Of a stretch of DNA of 64,000 bases, positions 44,327-54,959 are shown one piece after another (position 1 is the stretch's first letter; each line of letters opens with the position of its first letter). Below the pieces are notes generated by a model. That model made no database searches and was not told where the DNA came from. It was given only the letters and a program-made list of their open reading frames with translations. The position numbers and the translations under genes were made by a program. This DNA comes from an uncultured virus (IMG/VR IMGVR_UViG_3300031949_000021) (taxonomy: Duplodnaviria; Heunggongvirae; Uroviricota; Caudoviricetes). The stretch lies in IMG/VR virus record IMGVR_UViG_3300031949_000021; one strand, 5' to 3'.

Positions 44327-45559
44327 TTGAATAACTGGTTAATTACAGAAGATACAAAACTTTATATCATAGCAGACACTAAAATATTAAAAAGTAAGCC
44401 GATTTTATCTGAAAAAGCAGAGGAGTTTGTAACTGCTATAACAAAGACAAAAGAAGATGAGGATTTACTTTGGTTTAGTGGTAGATATTGCACAGCAGAT
44501 GCTAGAAATGGTAATGGGGACGGTTTTAAATTAGATGATCTTGAAAAGATGTATGAATATGCAATATTTAAGCCTGTAAGTTGGTTGCATAATGAGGATG
44601 AGAAAGTGGGCTTTATTGTAGATAGTCAGCTTAAAGAAGAAGGAGATGAAGTTTATGTAGAGATAACTGGGGTTATTTGGTGCTCCACACCACATGATGC
44701 AGTTTATGCTGAAAAGATGATAGACTATTTTGATAAAAATAGACTTGGTTTATCCATGGAAACGATGGGGGAAAAAGTAAAATGCTCTAAATGTGAAAAA
44801 GAATTTCCAATTCAATCTGGGGATATGGATAATCCCTATGGGCATTATTGTGAACATTTAAAAAGTAGAAAAATGTCTGATGTAACAAGATGGATTTTAG
44901 AACCTCAATTTTCTGGGGTTGGTATAATCCCATCAAGAGGAAGGCATAAACCAGCGGATAAAGACGCATGGGTACGAGAAGTGGCTTCCTTAAACGAAGA
45001 TGATGATAATGGAGAGGAGGATATAAATATGGGTGATGATACAAAATATACGAAAGCACAAATGGATGAGTTGGTTTCTGCTAGAGAGGATTCTGTGAGA
45101 AAAGAGTATGCTTCTTTAGAGAGTGATTTGGATTCAGTTAAGAATGAGAAGGCTGAAGCAGATAAGTCTACTGCCGATCTTCAGACTAAATTGGACGAAA
45201 AAGAAGGCGAACTTTCTCAAGCTAATGATGATCTTGATACTGTGAACAAAGAAAATGAGTCTCTAAAAGCTAAGATTGCTGAATATGAGCAAGAAAAAGC
45301 TGATGCGGAGCAAGCTAAGTTTGAATCTAGAGTAAAAGAAATTAAGGATTCTGGTGTAGAACTTACTGATGAGATAGCAGATAAACTTAAAGCTGAGATT
45401 CTTGACGATGAGAAGTTTGATGGAGTTAAGGCTATGTTTGCTAAGAAGGACGTAAAACCAGCAAAGGCTAAAGTTACTCTTGAAACCGATGATGATTTGC
45501 AGCCTACTGAGTCTGATGAGGCAATTTTAAGAGAAGCTTTTTCACCAAAAGAAGATTAA
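44327..45559 (+). CDS. Prohead protease/scaffold fusion
   Basis: NGNGDGF, KPVSWLH, LSME, CSKC, then an acidic coiled-coil; upstream of capsid genes. Confidence 0.75.
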   Translation: MNNWLITEDTKLYIIADTKILKSKPILSEKAEEFVTAITKTKEDEDLLWFSGRYCTADARNGNGDGFKLDDLEKMYEYAIFKPVSWLHNEDEKVGFIVDSQLKEEGDEVYVEITGVIWCSTPHDAVYAEKMIDYFDKNRLGLSMETMGEKVKCSKCEKEFPIQSGDMDNPYGHYCEHLKSRKMSDVTRWILEPQFSGVGIIPSRGRHKPADKDAWVREVASLNEDDDNGEEDINMGDDTKYTKAQMDELVSAREDSVRKEYASLESDLDSVKNEKAEADKSTADLQTKLDEKEGELSQANDDLDTVNKENESLKAKIAEYEQEKADAEQAKFESRVKEIKDSGVELTDEIADKLKAEILDDEKFDGVKAMFAKKDVKPAKAKVTLETDDDLQPTESDEAILREAFSPKED

Positions 45560-45560
45560 G

Positions 45561-45605
45561 TAACTTTTAGAGAGGTGACTTAAATGTCAGTATTTGTAAT
45601 TGATA
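45561..45605 (+). repeat. 45-bp copy (44/45 identical) of 53106-53150: omegaRNA 3' end, RBS and first iscB codons
   Basis: TAACTTTTAGAgAGGTGACTTAAATGTCAGTATTTGTAATTGATA. Confidence 0.9.
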
Positions 45606-45630
45606 ATAATGAAAAAGGAGGAATAAATAG

Positions 45631-46089
45631 ATGTATACACTAAAAGATGGGTACTGCGAGATGATTAGAGTTCCAAAAGAGGCAAGACGTGGAGATGCAA
45701 AAGCAGCAGAGGCATTGAAACAAGGTATGGCTGTCACAATTGCTGATGATGGTAGTGATAATGCTGTTGCTAGTAAGGCTTCTGGGACTGGAAATTATGA
45801 TGTATATTTTGTGAAGAAGTATGGTAGAAATGAAGTTACTCAACTTTATAACGCAAATAGTATTGAGACAGTAGCTATTGCTGAACGTTTTGTGGCTATT
45901 AGTGCTGGATCAATCGCTATTGACCAGTATGTTGGATCTATTGGTGATTATGATGTTGGTGATTTACTTGAAATAGGTACTTCTGGAAATGCTGGTCTTG
46001 TAACTAACTATAATGCTACTCCTGTAGGAGATCCTGTAGCTGTAGTTGAGGGAAAAGACTATGATAAATTAATTATTAGAATTCTGTAA
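45631..46089 (+). CDS. Putative capsid decoration/cement protein
   Basis: Gly/Ala-rich 152 aa immediately before the capsid gene. Confidence 0.6.
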   Translation: MYTLKDGYCEMIRVPKEARRGDAKAAEALKQGMAVTIADDGSDNAVASKASGTGNYDVYFVKKYGRNEVTQLYNANSIETVAIAERFVAISAGSIAIDQYVGSIGDYDVGDLLEIGTSGNAGLVTNYNATPVGDPVAVVEGKDYDKLIIRIL

Positions 46090-46106
46090 GAAAGGAGGAA
46101 TATAAA

Positions 46107-47042
46107 TTGTCTGAGAAAATTAATGTTAAAGAAAGATTGAAAGCTGAGATAGAAAATAGCTGGACTCCAGAACAGAAGGAGAAATATAGAAAGGCTCTTG
46201 CTAATCTAGCCAAGACTCCTAATGGTCAAAGAGTTATTGCTGAAATAGTAATTTCTGATATTACCAAGAAGTATGAAATGGTTGATATTGCTGAGTTGCT
46301 GGGAGTATCTAAAACCTTTAATGAAGGACAAGATCCAAGATTTAGAACTAAAAAGGGTTTAGTTGGATACATTCATGCTCATGGGTCAACAGCTAATAGG
46401 TCTGAATGGACAGCGGAATGGGTTAACTTGACAACTGATTTGCTTTCTGTTAATCCTGAGATTTACCTTCCAGATTTAGAGGCTGGAAGAATTGGCACAC
46501 TAGCAGAATTGCAGGCGGATGCCTTGGAAGCAGCTAAGAACAAAATGGGTAATCATATTTTTACAACGATTCAGGCTGGCGTTTCTACTGGAGCAGGTAC
46601 GATTTCTAGTGCTAACTGGACTGCTGCAGGAGCTACTGCTGTAAGTGCATTAAAAGCAGCTATTAGGTATGTATCTGATAGAGGTGGAGCACAGGCAGTT
46701 GTAGGTAGATATTCTACGCTAGTTTCTGTTTGTGATTTTGATCATGGTTATGATCCTGCTGCAAGCGAAGAGATTCGTTTGAAAGGCTCTCTTGGAACAT
46801 ATCATGGAGTTAATCTAGTATATTTAGATAGAGTTGAAGATAGAAATGAACAGCAATTAGTTCCTGAAGGAGTGCTGTTTGTTGTGCCTAAGAAGTTGGG
46901 CGCAGTAACAGGATACGTGGGGGATTTTAAGGTCCAGCAGAATCTTGATGTTGATGATTTGATTTTCAATCTACATATTTATAGAACTGTTGGTATTGCT
47001 TTGCTACATGAAGATCGTATTTACAAACTTACTATTATTTAA
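46107..47042 (+). CDS. Major capsid protein
   Basis: 311 aa, position after scaffold and decoration genes, G.LGTYHGV motif, followed by a hairpin. Confidence 0.75.
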   Translation: MSEKINVKERLKAEIENSWTPEQKEKYRKALANLAKTPNGQRVIAEIVISDITKKYEMVDIAELLGVSKTFNEGQDPRFRTKKGLVGYIHAHGSTANRSEWTAEWVNLTTDLLSVNPEIYLPDLEAGRIGTLAELQADALEAAKNKMGNHIFTTIQAGVSTGAGTISSANWTAAGATAVSALKAAIRYVSDRGGAQAVVGRYSTLVSVCDFDHGYDPAASEEIRLKGSLGTYHGVNLVYLDRVEDRNEQQLVPEGVLFVVPKKLGAVTGYVGDFKVQQNLDVDDLIFNLHIYRTVGIALLHEDRIYKLTII

Positions 47043-47054
47043 TGTAAGACAAAT

Positions 47055-47083
47055 GGGGGAGGGAGATTTTTATTTCCCTCTTC
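47055..47083 (+). terminator. Hairpin after the capsid gene
   Basis: GGGGAGGGAGA..TTTCCCTCTTCC; no clear T-tract. Confidence 0.45.
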
Positions 47084-47118
47084 CAAAATTTATAGGAAAA
47101 CTATAGGAGGAAATTAGA

Positions 47119-48044
47119 ATGAGAAGATTAAGGTTTAAGAATGTATCTGATATTGATGTATCAGTAAAAGAGATTGGAAACATGGGGAAAGAAACAGGAA
47201 AAACAGTTATTTCAGGAGGAAAAATAAATATTACAGAAGAGGCTCTTGCAGATCAAGTTGAAGATGCTGTTTTTTCTAAGAGTTATTTAATTTTTATTGG
47301 ACAAGGAAGTATGCCAAAAGAACTTGAAGACAATCCGAACCACTTAACGGATAAAGAAGTGGAAGAACTAGCTCATCTTAGTAATGATAAAGCAATAGAG
47401 GAGCTGAAAAGAATTAATTCTGAAGTAACTTTAAAAAGAATTTTAAAAGTTGCGGATAAAAAGAGAATTATGGATTATTTAAAACAGAGATTACTAGCAG
47501 AATTTAGGGTTAGAAAAGCAGAACTCGAATTAATAACGGGATAGGAGATTAATATGGTAAAAGTTATTAGGGCGGATACTCTTGCTGATTTAGAGGCTGC
47601 TATAAACGTTTTTTTGAGCGGAAAAACTGTTATTTCTATTAGTGTACTTGAACTTAGGTTAGATAGGGAATATGCTGCTATAGTCGCTTATTCTTAAAAA
47701 ACGGACAGGAGATTAAAGGAGTAAGGATGAAAAAGGTTAAATTGGATATTAATGAAAGATTATTGATTAAGAATATTTTATCTGGAGTTACAGGAGATTT
47801 GGTAGTTATCAAAAAAGCTTTAAATAGTATGGAAAAGATTGACATCAAAGAAGTGGAGGCTAAGAAAGTTAATCTTAGAATTGAAGATAACACGTATCTC
47901 TGGGAAGGCAAGAAGGATAAAGAAAAAGAGTTTGAGTTTGAAGATGCCGATTTTGATTACTTGAAAGAAACTATGAACGCTAAAAAAGATTATCCTGTGG
48001 ATAAAAGGATAATTAATTTCTTAGAAAAGATAAATAGCATATAA
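47119..48044 (+). other. Hypothetical ORFs (47119-47544, 47727-48044)
   Basis: RBS-preceded ORFs within the late operon. Confidence 0.65.
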
Positions 48045-48064
48045 AGTTTTAGAGAGGAATTTAG

Positions 48065-49003
48065 TTGCCTGCCTATAAAATTATTGATGACCATACTGAT
48101 TTATTAAGTATAGGGACTAAAACGCACGAAGAATTAGATACTCATGTGGCTAGTTTATCGAACCCACATTCTGTTACTAAAGCACAAATACTAACAGGAA
48201 ATTTAATTGTTAATACTGATGTTGATGCAAGTGCCGCAATAGCTTCTAGTAAATTAAATTTGGCTTTAATATCTCAAGATGTTGCTATTAAACTTTCAGA
48301 TAATGCAGGAGTACAAAAATTTAGTATTCAAGATTCTGATGCTGCTACAGTGTTTCAAGTAAACAGTGATGGTTCTATAACTATTGGAGGAACGGCATTA
48401 AATTTTGATACAAGTAGTGCATGGGCAGTTCATGCAAACAATGGTGCTGTAGATGTATTAGAATACACATCTATTGGAGCAACTAATATTAGGTCTTACA
48501 ATACTAGGCTAATTACATTAGCTTCAGGCGGTGGGGTAGTAGCTAAATTAGGGGATGCTGCGGGTGTTTATGATTTTTTTATTAATGACTCAAACGATAT
48601 TACAGTATTTCAAGTAAACAGTGATGGGACCGTTACTTTTGGAATAGACACTAACCTCTATAGAAGTGCTGCTAACGTATTAAAAACTGATGATGATTTT
48701 ATAGTGAGTGGAACACTTACTTCTACTGGTGGATTAATTGGAAAAATAACTACTGTAACTGATACCTATACTATTCTTGCCACTGACCAAACAGTAATTT
48801 GCAACAAAGCAACTGGATTTACGGTAACTCTTCCAACAGCAGTTGTAGGACAAGTATTTAACATTAAGAATATCGGGGCTGGCACAGTAACAGTAGATGG
48901 AGCAGGCTCAGATACAATAGATGGGGAACTTACACAATCTGTAGCTCAATGGAATTGTTTGGTATTACAATGTAATGTAGCCAATACTTGGGCTATAGTT
49001 TAG
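48065..49003 (+). CDS. Fibre/spike-like virion protein
   Basis: NPHSVTKAQ, repeated TVFQVNSDG, DTNLYRSAANVLKTDD, TVTLPTA..G..FNIKN.G.GTVTV....DTIDG. Confidence 0.65.
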   Translation: MPAYKIIDDHTDLLSIGTKTHEELDTHVASLSNPHSVTKAQILTGNLIVNTDVDASAAIASSKLNLALISQDVAIKLSDNAGVQKFSIQDSDAATVFQVNSDGSITIGGTALNFDTSSAWAVHANNGAVDVLEYTSIGATNIRSYNTRLITLASGGGVVAKLGDAAGVYDFFINDSNDITVFQVNSDGTVTFGIDTNLYRSAANVLKTDDDFIVSGTLTSTGGLIGKITTVTDTYTILATDQTVICNKATGFTVTLPTAVVGQVFNIKNIGAGTVTVDGAGSDTIDGELTQSVAQWNCLVLQCNVANTWAIV

Positions 49004-49017
49004 AAAAGAGAGGAAGT

Positions 49018-49401
49018 ATGAGTTATTTTAGTTTAGTGAGCATTAGTAATGGGTCTATAAATGGTCCTGGTGCACCCACTATTGATTCTTATACCCATGC
49101 AGCTATTAATCTAGCTGCTGGGGCTGATCAGGTATTGGTTTCTAGCGCACCGAACAAGCAAATATGGGTTTACGGATTTGGTTTTGTTGTTAATGCCGCT
49201 GGGACAGTTTCTTTTCAGAATGAAGATGATACAGCTATTTCTGGCATTATGCCTTTTGCCGCTAATTCAGGAATGGCTATTCCACCATCAGGTAATTTTG
49301 CTATGCCTATCTGGAAACTGGCAACAGATAAGGATTTAGAAATTGATATTGTTACTTCAGAGCTTGACGGATGGCTGGATTATGCGATTGTGAGTGTTTA
49401 A
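49018..49401 (+). CDS. Hypothetical virion protein
   Basis: Beta-rich ORF with an RBS before the ATG at 49018. Confidence 0.55.
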   Translation: MSYFSLVSISNGSINGPGAPTIDSYTHAAINLAAGADQVLVSSAPNKQIWVYGFGFVVNAAGTVSFQNEDDTAISGIMPFAANSGMAIPPSGNFAMPIWKLATDKDLEIDIVTSELDGWLDYAIVSV

Positions 49402-49551
49402 TGATTGAACTAACCAAACTCCGTCAACCGAATAGCAAAACCTATGATCTGGAAAACGGCAAACGCCGATGCTTAATTCAACAAGGCTTGCACTACTTTG
49501 ATAAGAGCACCAATCAAGTAGAGCTCTTTAGTCATGAAGTGAGGGAGAATA

Positions 49552-51240
49552 GTGTTAGCAGATTCACGCTTAACGGCAATTGATTCAACTACATACGAAC
49601 TAGAGGTGGCAGGGGAGAAAATTGAGCTTGGTGATAAGCAATCTCTTGATTTCAAACCTTGTGCCAAATTAAGTCGTTTTGATGGTGAGTGTTCTCTCTC
49701 TATTGAGCTGGAAACCATACAAAAAATAGATGCTGTTATAGAGGGTGATAGGCTTGAATGGAAGAACATTGATGAAGAAATCCATTTTTACGATAAAGGC
49801 AACAATGAGTTTGAACTTGAACATATTCTTCTAAAGAAACCCCTCTCAAACAAGCTGGCTTATAATCTAAATCTTGAAAACCTAATTGCTTATTATCAAC
49901 CGCCCTTAACTGAGGAAATCCCAGAAGCAAACTGGCATACCATAATTGAAACTGATGTATATGACAAAGATGGGAAAACGACAGTTCATCGTCCTGAAAA
50001 CGTTATTGGCTCTTATGCTGTGTATCATGTTGCTGGAACCAACATACATCATAGTGAAGCAAATGCGGGGAAATACAGGGCTGGTAAAGCATTTCATATC
50101 TATCGACCAAAGATAAAGGATTCGGCAGGGAAAGAGGTTTGGGGAACTCTTAATATCAGTGCTTCTACCTTGACCATTGAAATTGACCAGACGTTTTTAG
50201 ATGCTGCTGCCTATCCTGTGTATATTGACCCTACCTTTGGTTATACGTCTATTGGTGCGACTGATTATTCTATGGAAAATGAGCTAAGGGCTTCGCTCGC
50301 CACACCTGCTGCTGGTATGGCAACCAAAATGACTGCTTATACTGCGGATAATGGTGGAGGGCATAGGGTAAAGTGTGCATTATATGAGAAAAGCAATAGC
50401 GCTTTAGTCAAATCAAGCAATGAAGTTACCAATATAAGTAATGCCTATGCTTGGAATGATATTCCTTTTAGCAATCAAGCTATTATGGCCCCTGTTGAGT
50501 ATATGCTTGCTATTTGGTCTGAAGATGTTGGGGGATATTCTTCTGCTATTAAAGGTGACTCTACTTCGACTTACCATTATTACCAAGCTTTAACTTATGG
50601 AAGTTGGCCTGATCCTTTTATTGGGACTCAGGGTATTGCGGCCGTTATATATTCTATCTATTGTACTTATACACAAGGAATAATATTTAGACCAACAGGC
50701 GCAGGAAGTTTAACAGAGTGGGCATCTCAGTATCCTAATTCTACTGCTCATTGGGATAAAGTAGATGAAGTAGCTGCCGATGATTTGGCTACTTATGTTA
50801 TTGGTGAATATGATGCTTGGAAATATGATTTATATGATATTACCAACACTATTCCCTCTGGTTCTACTATAAATTCAGTTGGAATTTGTGGTCGTTTTTT
50901 TGGATCTGAAGCCTGGGGAGAACAAGGTAAATTAGGATTTAACGATGGTGTGGGTACATGGTGGAGTAGTCCGTTTACGCTTACACCACTCAGTAGTTGG
51001 GTAAATTATGATACAGGACTTCTTTCTACTAACCCTAGAACTTCTAGTGCTTGGACTTGGGCACAAATAGATGCTCTTCAAATTGGGATAGGACAATTAG
51101 GTATTTATGATGCAGAATATGACTATACAAGTTTGATATATTGTACCCAGGTTTATGTAGTAGTTGATTATACAGAAGGTGGTGGGGGGACAGTAGTTAA
51201 AGATATAATACAACAAGGATTAATACCTTTTGCTCGCTAA
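49552..51240 (+). CDS. Multidomain beta-rich virion protein
   Basis: RPENVIGSYAVY, GKAFHIYRP, AAYPVYIDPTFGY, NPRTSSAWTW. Confidence 0.65.
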   Translation: MLADSRLTAIDSTTYELEVAGEKIELGDKQSLDFKPCAKLSRFDGECSLSIELETIQKIDAVIEGDRLEWKNIDEEIHFYDKGNNEFELEHILLKKPLSNKLAYNLNLENLIAYYQPPLTEEIPEANWHTIIETDVYDKDGKTTVHRPENVIGSYAVYHVAGTNIHHSEANAGKYRAGKAFHIYRPKIKDSAGKEVWGTLNISASTLTIEIDQTFLDAAAYPVYIDPTFGYTSIGATDYSMENELRASLATPAAGMATKMTAYTADNGGGHRVKCALYEKSNSALVKSSNEVTNISNAYAWNDIPFSNQAIMAPVEYMLAIWSEDVGGYSSAIKGDSTSTYHYYQALTYGSWPDPFIGTQGIAAVIYSIYCTYTQGIIFRPTGAGSLTEWASQYPNSTAHWDKVDEVAADDLATYVIGEYDAWKYDLYDITNTIPSGSTINSVGICGRFFGSEAWGEQGKLGFNDGVGTWWSSPFTLTPLSSWVNYDTGLLSTNPRTSSAWTWAQIDALQIGIGQLGIYDAEYDYTSLIYCTQVYVVVDYTEGGGGTVVKDIIQQGLIPFAR

Positions 51241-51255
51241 GAAAGGAGTACAAAA

Positions 51256-52938
51256 ATGGCAGAGATTAAGGTAACAATTCCAGATGATAAAATTGCAAAG
51301 GTGATTGACTCATTTGTTAGTTGCTTTGGTTATCAAGCAACAATAGACGGGCAACCAAATCCGCAGACAAAAACACAATTTACTAAAGCACAGATAATTA
51401 AATACATAAAAGCTGTTGTAAATTCAGTTGATAAAACTGCTTATGATCAGAACTTTATACAAGAAGATATTAGCATAACTTAAAAAGGAGAAATAAATGG
51501 GTAGGATATATTTAATTTTACTAGGAATTATTTTGGTATTTGGGTTATTTATGTTTTCGGGGCAAATTAGAAAACAAAATAGCTGCCTTACAAAAATTGA
51601 AGATAGAGTAGTAAAACTAGAGAGAGTAAATAAAAATAAAGTAGAAGCAAACAAGATTTTAAGGAGCAAGATTGAAGAATTAGAATTTAATTCCAAAGAC
51701 CATATAGATAGAATATATGATATGGAAGGTCATGTTGATGACTATAATCTAATTCTTGAGATGGTTTTGAAGCATCCCACAGTGCAAACAGAACTTGCAA
51801 AACATAATATACCTATTCAGAAACTTCTTGATGATAGGGCAAAAGCAGAAGAACAACATTAAAAGGAATAAATATGTCTGTTACAATTATAAAAACCGTA
51901 AATTTTGGAAAAAGTAAAACAGGTCTTGAAGGTACTGTTGGTTATACTCTTTATAATACTAATGAAACAGAAAAACAAGCACGTACAACTTCTGGTGTCT
52001 ATGAACTTGGAACTAGTACAGGAATATATGCTTGTAACATAACATTGGATATTGATTGGAATGGTACAATTCTTTGGGATACTGGGGAAGCAACACCAAG
52101 TTATGCTACAGAAGAGTATAATCATCAAGATGCTGGTGATATAGACCAGATAGAATCTAATACAAACAGAGGATTGATCACTTAGAAAGGAGATAATATG
52201 AACCCTGATTATAAAGTTGGGGAGTCTATTGAAGTTTTATATGTGCCTGGGAATTTTCAATCAGGTCAAACAGATTGTAAGGTAGACATATTTGATGAGA
52301 GTGATGTTATAGTTGCTGGGTCTCCTTTTGCTATGGTAGAAAAAGATGACGGGGCAGCTACACCCGAACTTATAGGGGTCTATGCCTATTCTTTTATCCC
52401 CGACGAAGAGGGTATTTGGACAGCTAAAGTTTATCGCTTAGTTGGAGGGGAAAAGAAATTTGCTAAAGTTATTAAGTTTAGCGTTAAACCAAAGGATATT
52501 TCTGATTTAATAGATGATGTTGAAGTTATTAAAGGAGCAAGTTTTAATTCTTTAACAGATTCTTTAGAGGCAATTAGAGATGCAGTAGATGAAATTTCAG
52601 AGGGAGGACAAGTATTATAACTTCTGAAAGGAGGATTAAGGATGGATTTCTTTAAGGAAAGAAAGAATGATTTAGCTAAGATAAAACAGGAAGTCGAAAA
52701 TATTATAGCTATTCGACAAAGTAAACTTAGTTTACTTGAAAAAGAGCTAAAAGATTTGTTGCTTGATAAGGCAAAAATTGAAGGAAGAATTGAGGAAGTA
52801 ATTTTACTAGATAAAAGTTTTAGTGAAAGTCCTGATAAGAAAAAGCCTAAAATATCTAGTGGAATTATAGATGGGGAAATGTCTGTAGAACAACTTATCA
52901 AGGCAAAACAAAAGACCAAAAAGAAGGAAGCCAAGTAA
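51256..52938 (+). other. Accessory late ORFs (51256-51483, 51497-51862, 51874-52185, 52198-52620, 52642-52938)
   Basis: Each preceded by an AAGGA(G) RBS. Confidence 0.7.
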
Positions 52939-53115
52939 TAAGTAATTACGGCTTCGAGGCTAAGTTGGGAAGTGACCAACTACGACTTCTGTTTATCCGA
53001 AAGGATAGTCACCTTGAGATTTATCCAGTCTCAAGCTCTGATAGTTTCTGAGAAAGCTCAAAGAAACTTAAACAGACAACAGACGGTCATTGCCGAGGAT
53101 AACAATAACTTTTAG
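52927..53115 (+). ncRNA. omegaRNA scaffold of IscB #2
   Basis: First stem GAAGCC..GTAAT/ATTAC-GGCTTC; CTAAG..CTACG; TATCC-GAAA-GGATA; TTGAGA/TCTCAA-GCTCTG; TTAAACAG; CATTGCCGAGG. Confidence 0.8.
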
Positions 53116-53128
53116 AAAGGTGACTTAA

Positions 53129-54307
53129 ATGTCAGTATTTGTAATTGATAGTAAAGGAAAGCCTTTACTTCCTACTTGTGAAGCAAGAGCAAGACTTTTA
53201 TTAAAAAAGAATAAGGCAACAGTATATTCAGTTGAGCCATTTACAATTAAATTAAAAAGGGCAATAAAAAATCCAATGGGTGGGTTTAAAGTAGGGATTG
53301 ATGATGGTGCAAAAGAGGTTGGAATATCAGTAGCCTATAAAAACAAGGTAGTTTTTGCTGGGATAATCAAGTTAAGACAAGATGTACATAGAAAGATGCT
53401 TCAAAGATCACAATATCGAAGAACTAGAAGATGTAGAAAGCTTAGACATAGAAAAGCAAGATTTTTAAATAGTGGCAGAAAAGGTTGGATACCCCCAACT
53501 ATAAAGCAAAAGAAAGAATCAATATTGAGAGTAATTGACGATTTAAAGAAGCGATTAAATATTACAGAAGGCACTATAGAACAAGGGCAGTTTGATACTT
53601 CTTCGATGAGTAGAGGGTATCAATTAATAGGAAAAGAATATCAATTATCAGAATATGTGGGAAATACTTGGAGACAAAAAGTTTTATGGCGAGATAAGTA
53701 TATTTGTCAACATTGTGATAGTAAAGAAGAATTACAAGCTCATCATATTATTTTAAAGTCTAAAGGTGGAACTAATAGAGTAAATAATGGAATTACCTTA
53801 TGTAAAAAATGCCATAAAGAGTTACATGAAGAAAGATGGGAATTAAGTAGAAAACCAAGACATTTTAAGTATCCAACTCATTTACAGCAGGGAAAACAAT
53901 ATTTATTTAATGAGTTAAAAAAGAGATTTCAAAGTATAGATGTTTGCTATGGTTGGATGACGGCAAAAGCAAGGAAGGCATTGGGGTTAGAGAAAGAGCA
54001 TTATCACGATGCTTCTGCAATGATTGGGGCAAATAAATATTATTGTAAACTTTATATAATAAAACCAAAAAGGACTAAAATATGGGAAAACAACCCAACA
54101 AAGACTTGTAATGAAAAAAATGGTTTTAGGCATATGGACATAGTTAAAGCAAAACACAGAACTAGAGGTACTGTTATTGGATCAATAAGGAGTTTGAAAG
54201 CTAAAGTAATAACATTAAGAACAAGTTTTGACGATAACTTTTCTGTAAGTTATAACAAAACAAGATTATTATGGAGACCTAAAGGTTTAATTTATTGTAG
54301 AAGTTAA
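53129..54307 (+). CDS. iscB: IscB RNA-guided endonuclease #2
   Basis: PLLP, RuvC-I GIDDG, RRTRR, E...FD, HNH (CQHC..HH..GGTN..NGITLC..CH), HYHDA. Confidence 0.95.
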   Translation: MSVFVIDSKGKPLLPTCEARARLLLKKNKATVYSVEPFTIKLKRAIKNPMGGFKVGIDDGAKEVGISVAYKNKVVFAGIIKLRQDVHRKMLQRSQYRRTRRCRKLRHRKARFLNSGRKGWIPPTIKQKKESILRVIDDLKKRLNITEGTIEQGQFDTSSMSRGYQLIGKEYQLSEYVGNTWRQKVLWRDKYICQHCDSKEELQAHHIILKSKGGTNRVNNGITLCKKCHKELHEERWELSRKPRHFKYPTHLQQGKQYLFNELKKRFQSIDVCYGWMTAKARKALGLEKEHYHDASAMIGANKYYCKLYIIKPKRTKIWENNPTKTCNEKNGFRHMDIVKAKHRTRGTVIGSIRSLKAKVITLRTSFDDNFSVSYNKTRLLWRPKGLIYCRS

Positions 54308-54314
54308 AAGGGAG

Positions 54315-54935
54315 GTGAAAAATATGGCGATTTACAAAAGTGGTGTAGCTATTGAAGTAAGATATGCCCCACCAGATTTTCAAAGTGGTTTAAGTGATGT
54401 AAAGATGGAAGTATATGATGAGGCAGGTGTCGAAATTGCTGGTAGTCCTTTTTCTATGACAGAGATGGATGATGGTGCTGCAACACCAACACTATTAGGT
54501 GTTTATGAGGACACATCTAATTTTTTACCTGATGCACAGGGATCTTGGACAGTTATTTGCTACTCTATTGCTAATGGTGGGAAAACAGCTAAGACTTACA
54601 AAATTGAAGCTCATGATATTGATGATCTTGGTACAGATTTGGATACAATTATAGCTGATACTAATGAATTACAGACAGATTGGGCAGATGGTGGTAGACT
54701 TGATCTTCTTATTGATGCAATTAAGGCTCAAACAGACTTGTTACCTTCTGATCCAGCAGATCAATCAGCAGTAGAAGCAGCAATAACGGCAGCTCATGCA
54801 ACTACAGATGGTTTAATTACTACAGTTGATGGAGTTGTAGATGGTATTCAGACGGATTTAAGTAATGGAACAGATGGCTTGGGAGCAATTAAGGCTGCTG
54901 TTGACGCAATCGGTACTGGAGGAATAATTCTCTAA
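54315..54935 (+). CDS. Virion protein, paralog of 52198-52620
   Basis: Shared IEV.Y.P..FQSG, AGSPF.M.E.DDGAATP.L.GVY and a similar C-terminus. Confidence 0.7.
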   Translation: MKNMAIYKSGVAIEVRYAPPDFQSGLSDVKMEVYDEAGVEIAGSPFSMTEMDDGAATPTLLGVYEDTSNFLPDAQGSWTVICYSIANGGKTAKTYKIEAHDIDDLGTDLDTIIADTNELQTDWADGGRLDLLIDAIKAQTDLLPSDPADQSAVEAAITAAHATTDGLITTVDGVVDGIQTDLSNGTDGLGAIKAAVDAIGTGGIIL

Positions 54936-54959
54936 AATTAGAAAGAAGGAGGAGAATAA

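Noticed and set aside
40276..54307. Cas9, TnpB or a CRISPR system
   Set aside because: The proteins are about 400 aa with PLMP, split RuvC and HNH (IscB architecture); I saw no repeat-spacer array or cas1/cas2.
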